Positions 28,189 to 37,543 of a stretch of DNA of 64,000 nt are shown here, piece by piece (positions within the stretch are counted from its first letter, which is position 1; each line of letters begins with the position of its first letter). Source of the DNA: a virus; IMG/VR virus record IMGVR_UViG_3300031857_000094, positions 18,569-82,568 of that record. One strand, 5' to 3'. Both the position numbers and the translations under genes were made by a program. The notes beneath the pieces are model-generated. The model saw only the letters and a list, made by a program, of their open reading frames with translations. It searched no databases and was not told the DNA's origin.

Positions 28189-30564
28189 ATGGCAGATAAA
28201 GAGAGCGGCGAAGATATTCTCCGTGCCATTTTAGAAAAGGGAAATAAGAACGTCAAGGATCAAGTCGCAAAGATCCTAGAAGAACAGACGGCTGCTCCCA
28301 CTCCAGCAAAGCCAACGAAAGCTCGTAAGAAGAAACTTGGTGTAGTCGTAGGAAAGGTCGGACAGTCGCGTTTCTTCAGAACTCCCGAAGGTGCAGTCGT
28401 CGATGAGAATGGAAAGCCAGTTTCTATTGGACTCGCGAAAGCATTTTCTCAATACGAGCCCAAAGCGAAAGCAGCTGCTCAAACAAATGAACCAAAGCCC
28501 AGTGGTGGGCTCGCGCGAGCGCTCGAGCGTGATCTACGTCGCAGCATACAGCTATCCAATAATATCGTCAAGGCCCAGGAATTAATTAATAAAAGAATTC
28601 CTGTGATGATTAATAATACGACTAATCTTGTCGATAAGATGTCAAAACAAAATGAACAGATAATTGGTTCATTCATACAGCAAAATCAAGAATTCCAAGA
28701 TAAAGTTGTAGAGGCTATGACTGGCGTGAAAGCTCCTACTCGCGCGGGAGGAGCGAAAGCAAAGCTATCCAGAGGCGTAGGTGCTTCTCGTGCAGCTCGT
28801 CGTGTTAAGCCACGAGATACAGAACGCGCTCAGTATGTTCGTGATAGAGCTGAGCGTATAGCTGATATTCGTATGAAGCGCAATATCGCTTCCATCGCTG
28901 GCGCTGGATTACTGGGTGCTGGTGTTGGACTTGGTGCAGCTGCTGGAATCAACGCGCTTATCAATAAAGCTCCGTCTGATGCTGAGCCGTCTGGTCCTAT
29001 CACCAAGTTCGAGGGACTAGGAAGCATTTCGCAGAAGTATGAGTCAGGAAACAAAGGCGTTCATACAGTATCCTCAGGCGCTGGTGATCCAGGCGGCGTA
29101 TCGTATGGAGCACATCAGCTCGCGACTAATACTGGAACGATGGCTCGCTATCTCGCATCAGCAGAAGCAAAAGATTATGCAGGACAGTTCGCAGGATTAC
29201 AGCCAGGAACTGAGCCGTTCAATCAAAAGTATAAGCAAGTCGCAGCAAGTGATCCACAGGGATTCGCTGCATCACAGAAAGCATTTATCACAAGAACACA
29301 CTTCGATCCAGTATCAAAGCATGCTGGTGATCTTGGCTGGGCTGTAGCTGATCCACGAGTTCAAGAAGTTCTGTATAGCATGGGCGTTCAGCACGGCGGC
29401 GCTAAGAAGATTGTTTCTCAGGCTGGTAATCCGCAAGGCAAGAGCGTAGAAGAGCAAGTCAAGATGCTGTTCGAAGCGCGAAAAAACTACGTCGCTGGCG
29501 TATCTATGCCAGAGGGAACGAGACAGTCGCTCTATAGAAGATACGCAAGCGAGCAGCGAGATGTGCTTGCTATGACTGCTGCAGCTGGAGCTGCAACTAC
29601 AACTGCTTCTGCTCCTGCAGCTGCTCCATCAAGTCCTGCCGCTGGTGCTGCTGCGACTGCTGCAACTAGTCGCGCTCAAGCACCTGGTCCATCTGGTGGT
29701 CCTGCGCAATCTCTAGCTGCTCAAACTGCTGCTGGTGCTCGCGCGCAAGCTCCTGGTCCTTCGGGTGCACCTGCTCAAGTTCAAGCAGCGACTACTGCAA
29801 GACAACCTGGTCCTGGTGCTCCTACTGCTGAACAGATGGGAGCAGGCGGTGGAGCTGGCAACGTCAGAATGACTAATCAGGGAGCGACGAGAAACAAGCC
29901 AATTACTCCGTATCTATTGAGTGCTATTTCTACAGCAGTCACTGATGTATATGGTCCTGGTGCTCGCGCTGAAATTTATTCTGGAGGACAAGAGCCATAT
30001 CCGAGCCGACAGAGAACTGGATCTACACGACACGACGGCGGTATGGCTGCTGACGTTTATGTTTATGTCGGTGGACGTAAAGTATCGGGAGACGATCTTG
30101 GTCGTTTAGCTCAGTATTGGCTTGCTCGCAGACTCGGTGGTGCTGGTATTGAAATGCGTGGCGGCGGTATTCACTTGGATCAGCACACGAATCGTCATCC
30201 ATACTGGTTTTATAATGCTGGCGAAACAGCTAAGTCACGCGCGATGGTTATGGCTGGCGTTCAGGGACAGATGCCTGAAGCCGCTGGATCAACTATGATA
30301 GCACAAGGACCTGGCGCTCCAGCTGGCGCTTCTGCTGGTGGAGCTCCTCGTCAATACGGCGCACTTGGTGCTTCATCGCGCGCAAATGAAATGAGAGAGA
30401 TGCAAGCAACAACAGCTAGACCCATTATCATAGAAAATAGAGTTATGAATCATCAGCAATTCATTACTAGAAACTCTTATCCTGTAGGTCAAAGAAGCGA
30501 ACAGTTTAATCCACTCGAAGTTGCTGTTGCCGCAGGAATCGGTAAAGCTCTGAGGTTGTTCTAA
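28189..30564 (+). CDS. Tape-measure-like tail protein with two predicted peptidoglycan hydrolase domains
   Basis: LGSISQKYESG..GDPGGVSYGAHQLA (VgrG3-C/lysozyme-like) and RHDGGMAADV...GIHLD (peptidase M15-like). Confidence 0.7.
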   Translation: MADKESGEDILRAILEKGNKNVKDQVAKILEEQTAAPTPAKPTKARKKKLGVVVGKVGQSRFFRTPEGAVVDENGKPVSIGLAKAFSQYEPKAKAAAQTNEPKPSGGLARALERDLRRSIQLSNNIVKAQELINKRIPVMINNTTNLVDKMSKQNEQIIGSFIQQNQEFQDKVVEAMTGVKAPTRAGGAKAKLSRGVGASRAARRVKPRDTERAQYVRDRAERIADIRMKRNIASIAGAGLLGAGVGLGAAAGINALINKAPSDAEPSGPITKFEGLGSISQKYESGNKGVHTVSSGAGDPGGVSYGAHQLATNTGTMARYLASAEAKDYAGQFAGLQPGTEPFNQKYKQVAASDPQGFAASQKAFITRTHFDPVSKHAGDLGWAVADPRVQEVLYSMGVQHGGAKKIVSQAGNPQGKSVEEQVKMLFEARKNYVAGVSMPEGTRQSLYRRYASEQRDVLAMTAAAGAATTTASAPAAAPSSPAAGAAATAATSRAQAPGPSGGPAQSLAAQTAAGARAQAPGPSGAPAQVQAATTARQPGPGAPTAEQMGAGGGAGNVRMTNQGATRNKPITPYLLSAISTAVTDVYGPGARAEIYSGGQEPYPSRQRTGSTRHDGGMAADVYVYVGGRKVSGDDLGRLAQYWLARRLGGAGIEMRGGGIHLDQHTNRHPYWFYNAGETAKSRAMVMAGVQGQMPEAAGSTMIAQGPGAPAGASAGGAPRQYGALGASSRANEMREMQATTARPIIIENRVMNHQQFITRNSYPVGQRSEQFNPLEVAVAAGIGKALRLF

Positions 30565-32258
30565 TGGCTATTTCAAATCTAGTTACGCCAAGCGGAAATG
30601 TAAATAGACCTAGCGTCGCTGCTATGTTTGGTCAGCGCGCATCTAATGATAACTTCGCGAAAGAGTCGGATATCATTTCTGGATCGTTCGTTGCTTCTGC
30701 TGCGAACTCTATCACACAGCTCAATACTCAGTTAGCTAAACTGCAGGAAAGTTCTAAAGCAATTGTCAAGTCGATTAACGACTCGGTGAATAAGATTAAG
30801 ACAGTCGACAAAGATATGTCGCAGCGTTTCAGAAAACTGAATGCTGAAATCGCTGCTTCACGTCCAGACTTTGGTAAGTTTCTTTACAAAGCTCCTCCGC
30901 TTCCATTAGCAGAAATTGCTCCAGGATCTATTCAGCAAGGGAAGTTGGCGAATACTGCTGGATTAGTTCCACCAGCACTACCAATCCCAGATATTGATCT
31001 TCCTAATAGAAAACGCACTTCAACGGGTGGTGGTAATGAACCAACAAGATCAAAAAAACCTGTTACTCAAACTGAACGTCCGCCAGTCACTAAAGCTGAA
31101 CCACCAAAAGCTCCCGTTGATACGGAAAAGCCAAGAGCTCCTGTTGATACGGAAAAGCCAAGAGCTGGTGCTCCCGAATCGACTGCTAGACCATCACCAG
31201 CTCCTCCTCAAGGAGCACCAGAAAGAGCGCAGCCAGTATTAGATGAGCGAGGAAGAGGATCGCAGTATAGAGATCCACAGAGCGGTAGATTTGTAAAGGT
31301 AACTCCAGAAGAACTAGCTGCTAAACAAAGCAAACTGTCTAAGACATTAGCAGGCGGAGGAAAAGCTACAGGTATGATATTGGGGCCTGTTGCTACAGTA
31401 TTTTCTGCTGTTATTGCTGGTATGGAAGCGAAAGATGAATATAAGAAGTATCAGGAAACTGGTGATAAGCAACATCTAAAAAGAGTTTATGAAGTTATCG
31501 GTGAAGAAGCTGGATCAACAGGCGGCGGATTTGCTGGCGCGATCGCAGGTGCATTCGCTGGTGGACCTATTGGTTCAATCGCAGGTGGTTTAGTTGGTCT
31601 CGTGAAAGGTGGTGATACTGGTCTCGCTGTTGGTAGAGCATTGTATGCGCACAATCACGAGGGAATGGATTTCATGCAAGCGTTAGAAATAGAAACGCTT
31701 AGACTCGCTAAAGAAAACAAAGATCGTTTAGTTGCTGGACAAAAAGAAAGAATGGAAGGTAGCACCATAGTCACTAGAGGTGCGCAACAACAGCTCAGCA
31801 GATTACAGGCAGATGCCGCAGATATCACTGCTAGATTAGACAGATCACTAGAAAATGCTGTAGGCGATTCTGCAGGATTCACAGGTGCGTCTGGTGATAT
31901 TCTTCAACAAGCAACTAAACCTACAGAAGCTCCAGGTGGTGGTGAAGCTGGTGAAGAAGGTGGAGAACGCGGCACCACGTCTGCTCCTACAGGAGAAGCG
32001 ACTGCTGATAAAACAGCAGTGGGTGCGCCTACAGCAACAACGCCAACTCCTACTACACCATCAGCTCCTCCTCCGCCCCCACGACCAAATCAAGGAGCAG
32101 GTGGAGCAGATGTAGTTGTAAACAACACAACGAATACGACTGCTTCAAGTTCAGGTGGCGAAGGACAGAACGTCACTAACCCTAACATGAAACTGAATGC
32201 ACATAATCCTTTCATAAAGGATTCGCTTGGTCGTCAGATGCTTCAAGAGCACAATTAA
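30564..32258 (+). CDS. Tape-measure / baseplate hub-like protein (gp29-like position)
   Basis: Helical and Gly-zipper segments, Pro-rich linker, C-terminal VVVNNTTN. Confidence 0.55.
   Translation: MAISNLVTPSGNVNRPSVAAMFGQRASNDNFAKESDIISGSFVASAANSITQLNTQLAKLQESSKAIVKSINDSVNKIKTVDKDMSQRFRKLNAEIAASRPDFGKFLYKAPPLPLAEIAPGSIQQGKLANTAGLVPPALPIPDIDLPNRKRTSTGGGNEPTRSKKPVTQTERPPVTKAEPPKAPVDTEKPRAPVDTEKPRAGAPESTARPSPAPPQGAPERAQPVLDERGRGSQYRDPQSGRFVKVTPEELAAKQSKLSKTLAGGGKATGMILGPVATVFSAVIAGMEAKDEYKKYQETGDKQHLKRVYEVIGEEAGSTGGGFAGAIAGAFAGGPIGSIAGGLVGLVKGGDTGLAVGRALYAHNHEGMDFMQALEIETLRLAKENKDRLVAGQKERMEGSTIVTRGAQQQLSRLQADAADITARLDRSLENAVGDSAGFTGASGDILQQATKPTEAPGGGEAGEEGGERGTTSAPTGEATADKTAVGAPTATTPTPTTPSAPPPPPRPNQGAGGADVVVNNTTNTTASSSGGEGQNVTNPNMKLNAHNPFIKDSLGRQMLQEHN
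31110..31163 (+). repeat. 27-bp tandem duplication (APVDTEKPR x2)
   Basis: gctcc(c/t)gttgatacggaaaagccaaga repeated twice. Confidence 0.85.
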
Positions 32259-32282
32259 AAAAGGGGGAGCCGAAGCTCCCCC
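32257..32282 (-). terminator. Rho-independent terminator with CUUCGG tetraloop between convergent transcription units
   Basis: Minus strand reads GGGGGAGC-TTCG-GCTCCCCC-TTTTTT. Confidence 0.9.
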
Positions 32283-32318
32283 AAGTTAAATCACAGGTGA
32301 AAGGAATAAGCCCTGTGA

Positions 32319-33233
32319 TTATTCATCGTCCTCAGCCAGCTTGTTGAAGAAATCCAAATCGTCATCTTCATCAATAGTAGGCTTCTTTGCAGGAGCAGCC
32401 GTCTTACCAACTGCTGGAGCCGCAGACGGACGCGGAGCAGGACGCTCAAAAGGGATATCGTCATCCTCACTCTTACGAGCAGCGCCGTTTGGTTCAGACA
32501 GAACCTTTTCCAAACGCTTCTTGAGTTCATCATAGCTCTTGAACTTATCAGCAGCTACGAGTTCAGCAAGTGAAAACTGCGTCTTCCAGATTGCTTCCAT
32601 ATCATCATCGTCATCGAGCAGCGGAGCTGGTTCATCGAACTCAGACTTGTCGTAGTTACGATAGCCTTCAACCTTACGAATCTTCAGCTTGAAGTTAGCG
32701 CCAGCCCACAGATCGAATGGATTCGTCGGCTTTTCGTCTTCGAACTCAGGATTCATCTTCTCGTTGATCTTGTCGAAGATCTTCTTACCAAACTTGTAAA
32801 GGAAAACCTTTCCTTCGTTCTCAGGATGAGCGGGATCCTTGACAACATAGATGTTGGCGATATAGTTCAAGCGACGCTTCTGCTTACGAGCAATCTCCTT
32901 GTCCTTGTCGTTACCTGAGTTCCAGAGCTTGGAGTTATACTCAGCGACAGGATCGGTCTGATTGAGAGTAGTCAGAGAGTTTTCGATATACCATCCGCCT
33001 GGACCTTGGAAACCATGATTCCAGATACGGACCCACGGAAGTTCTTCGTTAACAGGTGCGGGAAGGAAGCGAATGATAGCGTATCCGTTACCAGCCTTAT
33101 CAACTTCTGGCTGCCAGTAGCGATCATCAGACGAAGATCCCTGTTCCTTGTTGGCGAGCTTGTTGATTTCTTTGGTGAGACGCTCCAGCGAAGAAGTGCG
33201 CTGACGCTTGAGGGCAGAAAATGATTCGTTCAT
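32319..33233 (-). CDS. gp32: Single-stranded DNA-binding protein
   Basis: DKAGNGYAIIRFLPAP, WYIENSLTT, YKFGKKIFDKI, NYDKSEF and an acidic tail. Confidence 0.96.
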   Translation of the reverse strand: MNESFSALKRQRTSSLERLTKEINKLANKEQGSSSDDRYWQPEVDKAGNGYAIIRFLPAPVNEELPWVRIWNHGFQGPGGWYIENSLTTLNQTDPVAEYNSKLWNSGNDKDKEIARKQKRRLNYIANIYVVKDPAHPENEGKVFLYKFGKKIFDKINEKMNPEFEDEKPTNPFDLWAGANFKLKIRKVEGYRNYDKSEFDEPAPLLDDDDDMEAIWKTQFSLAELVAADKFKSYDELKKRLEKVLSEPNGAARKSEDDDIPFERPAPRPSAAPAVGKTAAPAKKPTIDEDDDLDFFNKLAEDDE

Positions 33234-33281
33234 GTATGTCTCCGTTGTATGTTCGGTGTGTTACGTCTTATCCACTTAATC

Positions 33282-33310
33282 ATCATATAAGTTATATAGC
33301 GTGTTGTCAA
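33282..33310 (-). promoter_or_regulatory. sigma70-type early promoter
   Basis: TTGACA-N17-TATGAT. Confidence 0.75.
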
Positions 33311-33903
33311 GACGCAAATACATCACGCATAACTTTTTTTATCGTAGCCTTCTCGACCTTTACGAATGGGCGATACTTACTCAGCTGACGATAGAACTCA
33401 GGCCAGACAACTGGATCGTCGATTTCGTTGTTCCATTTGTCTAGAACATCAAATGTAATATCAAAGGCAATAACAGTTTCGGCTGCAATCTTGTTCGCCA
33501 TATACATCTTCAATAATACTGGATGCGTCTTTTCAACCAGAAGAATACGGCTTACGCTGTTATTGCATTCATCAAGTAATGTTTCCAGATCTTGCTTCAG
33601 ATAGTATGAAAAGGCTTCCATACGTTTCTGCCAGTTGAGATAAACTTTCTCAGACTCTGGACCATTCATTTCTCCAACCCAGCGAACTCCTGCGTTGGAT
33701 ACAAAGTTAGCAACGAAGAAATCTGTTAGTTCTTCATCACTGTATTTACGTTCCAACTTACGAAAGAGATACTGATCCTTTCGCTTGAGGAACGATTCCT
33801 CGCTGATCTTGCGGATCTTGCCACCATACTTCACAAAGTCATAATCAGAAGTGAAGTGTAGCTTGAGCGCCTGATAGCGGCTGTAGGCTTTCATCCCTTC
33901 CAT
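33307..33903 (-). CDS. gp59: Helicase loader
   Basis: Y.ALKLHFT.DYDFVKYGGK and F.KRKD.Y.F.KL motifs. Confidence 0.9.
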   Translation of the reverse strand: MEGMKAYSRYQALKLHFTSDYDFVKYGGKIRKISEESFLKRKDQYLFRKLERKYSDEELTDFFVANFVSNAGVRWVGEMNGPESEKVYLNWQKRMEAFSYYLKQDLETLLDECNNSVSRILLVEKTHPVLLKMYMANKIAAETVIAFDITFDVLDKWNNEIDDPVVWPEFYRQLSKYRPFVKVEKATIKKVMRDVFAS

Positions 33904-34838
33904 TAGATGAACGCAATTTCAGATTTCCAACCGCGATCAAAGAACTTTTGATAACGCCAATACTCTGGCGTCTTATCACTATTCGGACGAAGAGTTTTGT
34001 TCTTAATAAGATTAAAAACTTCGCGGCTCATGAACATCTTATCATTCGCATAATCGTATGACACGCAGCAATGCTTGAAGTCGAAGCTGTCGATGAGTTC
34101 CTTGCGCGTATTATATTTCGTATAGATGTACTGAAGAGCAGTGCGACCAAGTGATACTGTTTTTTCGATCTTGTCGTTCTTGAAATATTCCTTATCGTTG
34201 ATCTTGGTAGAAGTAGGGCTTAACGCAGATTCCTTCACTGTCAATAGATTCAACGCCAACTCATTACGAGAATTATTAAGTAGGAATATGTCGAAGTCTT
34301 TTACAACTTCATCGTTCATCATGGAAGCAAAGCAACCACCAGCAACGACAACGCCAGACATATCGAAGTCATATGTAGGCATGTGTTTATGAATATACGA
34401 ACGAATAGATTTCTTCACTTCCATGATCTGAAGTTGTTCATCATCGCTAAACAGTTTCTTAGCAAGCACATCTTTCTGAGCCTGCTCCGTGTAGTATTCA
34501 TCAACATATGCGGGTGCGCCCATTGCTCCACGCATCCCAATCCCACCAGCTCCTCCAGAACTGACAGAATATTGTCCTGCTCCTCCTAGAGCACTAGTAT
34601 GAACTGATCCAGTCGTAGGTAACATTTGAGCAATCGTTTCTATTATCGCCTGTCGTCTAAACGCGGGTTCCAGATATTCAATGGTCATCCTACTAACAAT
34701 CTTAGATTCATTAGTAGTTCTGTTGCGAATGGCTATTGAATCTGTTGCATAGTCTACATCAAAAGATATATCGTTGATCTTGATACTCGTAACCCAGTTC
34801 AAGAACTCTGACCAGTTTTCTGAGGGTGATCCGAACAT
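33903..34838 (-). CDS. Protein with a C-terminal pol-beta-type nucleotidyltransferase-like domain
   Basis: VVAGGCFAS....VKDFDIF and ..SFDFKHC motifs. Confidence 0.55.
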   Translation of the reverse strand: MFGSPSENWSEFLNWVTSIKINDISFDVDYATDSIAIRNRTTNESKIVSRMTIEYLEPAFRRQAIIETIAQMLPTTGSVHTSALGGAGQYSVSSGGAGGIGMRGAMGAPAYVDEYYTEQAQKDVLAKKLFSDDEQLQIMEVKKSIRSYIHKHMPTYDFDMSGVVVAGGCFASMMNDEVVKDFDIFLLNNSRNELALNLLTVKESALSPTSTKINDKEYFKNDKIEKTVSLGRTALQYIYTKYNTRKELIDSFDFKHCCVSYDYANDKMFMSREVFNLIKNKTLRPNSDKTPEYWRYQKFFDRGWKSEIAFI

Positions 34839-35080
34839 TAGATTGGTAACCTTGATCCAGTGCGTTTGATAAGATTGAGAGTCATAGCTTCTGACTGAAG
34901 CAGCTTACGCATGGCTGGAGTCATGAGCTTCGATACGTTCTCGAACTCCAGTCCAGTCTTTTCACATACATCGGTAATCGCTTCAAGATAGCTCATACCC
35001 TTATCGCTGATACGTTCTTCTACCATAGACACGAATGTATTAGAACTCATAATGCTTGCTACAGCAGCTGTCTCTGTCAT
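34838..35080 (-). CDS. gp33: Late transcription coactivator
   Basis: SYLEAI..CE...E.E.V.KL....K.L..EA..LN. Confidence 0.85.
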   Translation of the reverse strand: MTETAAVASIMSSNTFVSMVEERISDKGMSYLEAITDVCEKTGLEFENVSKLMTPAMRKLLQSEAMTLNLIKRTGSRLPI

Positions 35081-35604
35081 TTATCATATCCTTCATAGGG
35101 AACATTATCTAGAGCGCTGTCGATATCGACTTTGATTCTTCCAGCTTCTGCGATCTCAGCAAGAGTGCGTCCGCATCCAATACATCTTTCACCTGATTCA
35201 TCGAGCTGACAAATCTTAACGCACGGTGACTTCTTAGGAACAGTGATAGGAACAGTTGCCTTACCACCGACGCTGCGGCGCACGATATCTTCGCTGATAG
35301 CTTCTGGATAATAGAGTTCTAGTGCAACACAGTCTTCAACGCAGTTGAACCAATGGAACTCGCCAGGACGGACAGTAGTAAAATCGCCTGCTCGAAGTGT
35401 AGTAATGTCGGTGAGATCATAGTTATTCTTTGCGACATGGATTTCCAACACTCCACTGATGACATAGAATCCGTTCCACTTGTGTTCATGCTTATGCTCC
35501 GAGCAGCGATAGCCAGCTTTGATATTGATCTTATGGAGTTCGACGAGTGGCGTCTGAATAAGAACGCTCGTGTCGCCCCATACTTTTCCAGTGATATTTC
35601 CCAT
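35077..35604 (-). CDS. Cupin domain fused to a DUF1289-like Cys4 domain
   Basis: CSEHKH.HKWNGFYV.SG cupin motif; SPCVKICQLD...CIGCGRTLAEI. Confidence 0.7.
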   Translation of the reverse strand: MGNITGKVWGDTSVLIQTPLVELHKINIKAGYRCSEHKHEHKWNGFYVISGVLEIHVAKNNYDLTDITTLRAGDFTTVRPGEFHWFNCVEDCVALELYYPEAISEDIVRRSVGGKATVPITVPKKSPCVKICQLDESGERCIGCGRTLAEIAEAGRIKVDIDSALDNVPYEGYDK

Positions 35605-35606
35605 AA

Positions 35607-35789
35607 TTAACCTTTCGGAACACAAGCCAGTTTGTATTGATCCCACATTCCACGACCGTATTTCTTTTCTTCGATGAACTTCAGCGCATACATGCAGGAT
35701 TCGTATGTATTGAACTCTTGGAACTTTACATTCTGACCGTTGCCAGCATTGCCAGAAAAGTATGTGATGACTATGAGAACGTAGATCAT
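35607..35789 (-). CDS. Small hypothetical protein
   Basis: 60 aa, ATGA-coupled to kdsA. Confidence 0.55.
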   Translation of the reverse strand: MIYVLIVITYFSGNAGNGQNVKFQEFNTYESCMYALKFIEEKKYGRGMWDQYKLACVPKG

Positions 35790-36613
35790 CGCCTTAAACT
35801 CCGTTTGGAGATATAATCCAATTCTATTAAATCATATAGTAGTTGCTCGAAATTGTCAAGACGAACCATGTTCGGACCATCGCTTGGAGCGGATTCTGGA
35901 TTCTGATGAACTTCAATGAACAGAGCAGCCACGCCAACAGCTACAGCAGCGCGGGCCATCGTAGGCACGAACTGACGTTGTCCGCCAGAGCTTGTGCCAT
36001 TACCACCAGGAAGCTGAACTGCGTGAGTGCAATCCATGATGACACGGTCAGTATATTGCTTCATCACTTCTAGCGAACGCATATCGACCACAAGATTATT
36101 GTAGCCAAACGTTGTTCCGCGTTCAGTGAACAGATACTTATCACAGCCAAACGTTCTTAGCTTCTCAGCTACGTTTGCCATTTCCCACGGAGATAGGAAC
36201 TGACCCTTCTTCACGTTGACTGGCTTACCACTCAGTGCAGCAGCTTGAATCAGGTCAGTCTGTCGGCAAAGGAACGCAGGAATCTGAATGATATCAGCTT
36301 GAACTGCTTCGCATTGCCAAGGTTCGTGAACGTCCGTGAGAACCTCGATTCCTCGAGCACGGACGGCCTCCATTCCGTAAAACGCCTCGTCGAAGCCGCC
36401 ACCTCTACTACTATTCGCGGAACTTCGATTTGCTTTATCGAAAGAGGTCTTATAAATGAAGTTGATTTCTGTATCGAATCTATTACCAACGCTGAAGCAG
36501 ATATCACGCAGTGCAGTAGCCATTTCCACTGCGTGATCCTTAGTTTCAAAAGCACAAGGTCCAGCGATAATGCTCAGGGGTTTATCATTCCCGCAGTTGT
36601 CATAGAAGCTCAT
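35786..36613 (-). CDS. kdsA: KDO-8-phosphate synthase
   Basis: IIAGPC, KTSFDKANRSS, QIPAFLCRQTDL, NVKKGQFL, ERGTTFGYNNLVVDMR and SDGP motifs. Confidence 0.95.
   Translation of the reverse strand: MSFYDNCGNDKPLSIIAGPCAFETKDHAVEMATALRDICFSVGNRFDTEINFIYKTSFDKANRSSANSSRGGGFDEAFYGMEAVRARGIEVLTDVHEPWQCEAVQADIIQIPAFLCRQTDLIQAAALSGKPVNVKKGQFLSPWEMANVAEKLRTFGCDKYLFTERGTTFGYNNLVVDMRSLEVMKQYTDRVIMDCTHAVQLPGGNGTSSGGQRQFVPTMARAAVAVGVAALFIEVHQNPESAPSDGPNMVRLDNFEQLLYDLIELDYISKRSLRR
35831..35859 (-). promoter_or_regulatory. sigma70-type promoter inside the kdsA 3' end
   Basis: TTGACA-N17-TATGAT. Confidence 0.6.
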
Positions 36614-36615
36614 GA

Positions 36616-37200
36616 TTAGTCCCACAGAGAGCGATAGTACCTACCAAACAAACGAAGACCGTTTTGAATACGTTGATTGTGTGCATCTAGTGCATCTTTG
36701 TCCCAACCACTTACTTCGGCATAGAACAGATCATAGTCGTTATCGTTCTTGAGTTGTTCGAACGTCCATACGAGTTCGTCCATCACCCAGTTATAGCGAT
36801 CCTGTGCGTTCGTGTCGCTGTGACCAAAATCAGTTTCATCACCCTTACCGATGTGAGGAACGTCTTCAGCATCTGGATGAAAGAAACCGTGATTCGTGTC
36901 ACGAAGCTGAACCAGCATGGGATGAATGATAAAAGCGAGCGTGTGATCCATGGACCAAGTATCGTAAGGATCAATGCGAACCTTTACATCGCGCTCACGA
37001 TCGCCGATCATTTTGTTGACTGTTGCGTTTAGAACATCTTGAATGATATCGCAGATACGCTCGATGAACTTATCAGTCTTGGTGTATTCACTATCTTGAA
37101 CAGACCAATATGACTTGTCGTGTTTCCACTCCATATACTTGTCGAATAAAGTGTATGCGCTGATATGAGTTGTGCGATAAGGACCAATGTAAACTTTCAT
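36616..37200 (-). CDS. Conserved-type phage hypothetical protein
   Basis: MKVYIGPY..DTWSMDHTLA.II.PML..GLRLFGRYYRSLWD; start moved downstream of the tRNA. Confidence 0.7.
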   Translation of the reverse strand: MKVYIGPYRTTHISAYTLFDKYMEWKHDKSYWSVQDSEYTKTDKFIERICDIIQDVLNATVNKMIGDRERDVKVRIDPYDTWSMDHTLAFIIHPMLVQLRDTNHGFFHPDAEDVPHIGKGDETDFGHSDTNAQDRYNWVMDELVWTFEQLKNDNDYDLFYAEVSGWDKDALDAHNQRIQNGLRLFGRYYRSLWD

Positions 37201-37215
37201 AACAATCTCCAAAAA

Positions 37216-37291
37216 TGGTTCGGGGTGATGGGATCGAACCACCAACCTACGGATTCAAAGTCCGCTGTTCTACCAATTGAACTAACCCCGA
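37216..37291 (-). tRNA. tRNA-Gln(TTG)
   Basis: Cloverleaf; anticodon arm GCGGA-CTTTGAA-TCCGT; TTCGA; encoded CCA. Confidence 0.92.
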
Positions 37292-37295
37292 ATGA

Positions 37296-37520
37296 TTACT
37301 TACCTGCGTGTTCGGTGAGAAGTTGAGTTACGTTCTTGACTGTTGGGTCGCGAATGTCGTCGATGAACTTCATAAGCTCGTCGGCTTTCTTGATAACTTC
37401 AGCTGTGGTTGGAAATGGTTTCTGCTCACCGCCGCGTTCAGCAGCGATAAGATATTCCGCATCGCACATCGACTGTGCCATTTGAAGAACGGAAAGACGG
37501 ATATGCTTTTCTTCGGACAT
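37296..37520 (-). CDS. Hypothetical protein
   Basis: 74 aa with GAGG RBS; IRL..L.MA...FPT..EVI.KA..L..F. Confidence 0.7.
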   Translation of the reverse strand: MSEEKHIRLSVLQMAQSMCDAEYLIAAERGGEQKPFPTTAEVIKKADELMKFIDDIRDPTVKNVTQLLTEHAGK

Positions 37521-37543
37521 AGTGAATACCTCAATGTAGGAAA

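Noticed and set aside
37200-37245. ORF-track starts overlapping tRNA genes (also 61684-61704)
   Set aside because: The extensions run through tRNA 3' ends; downstream ATGs are more plausible
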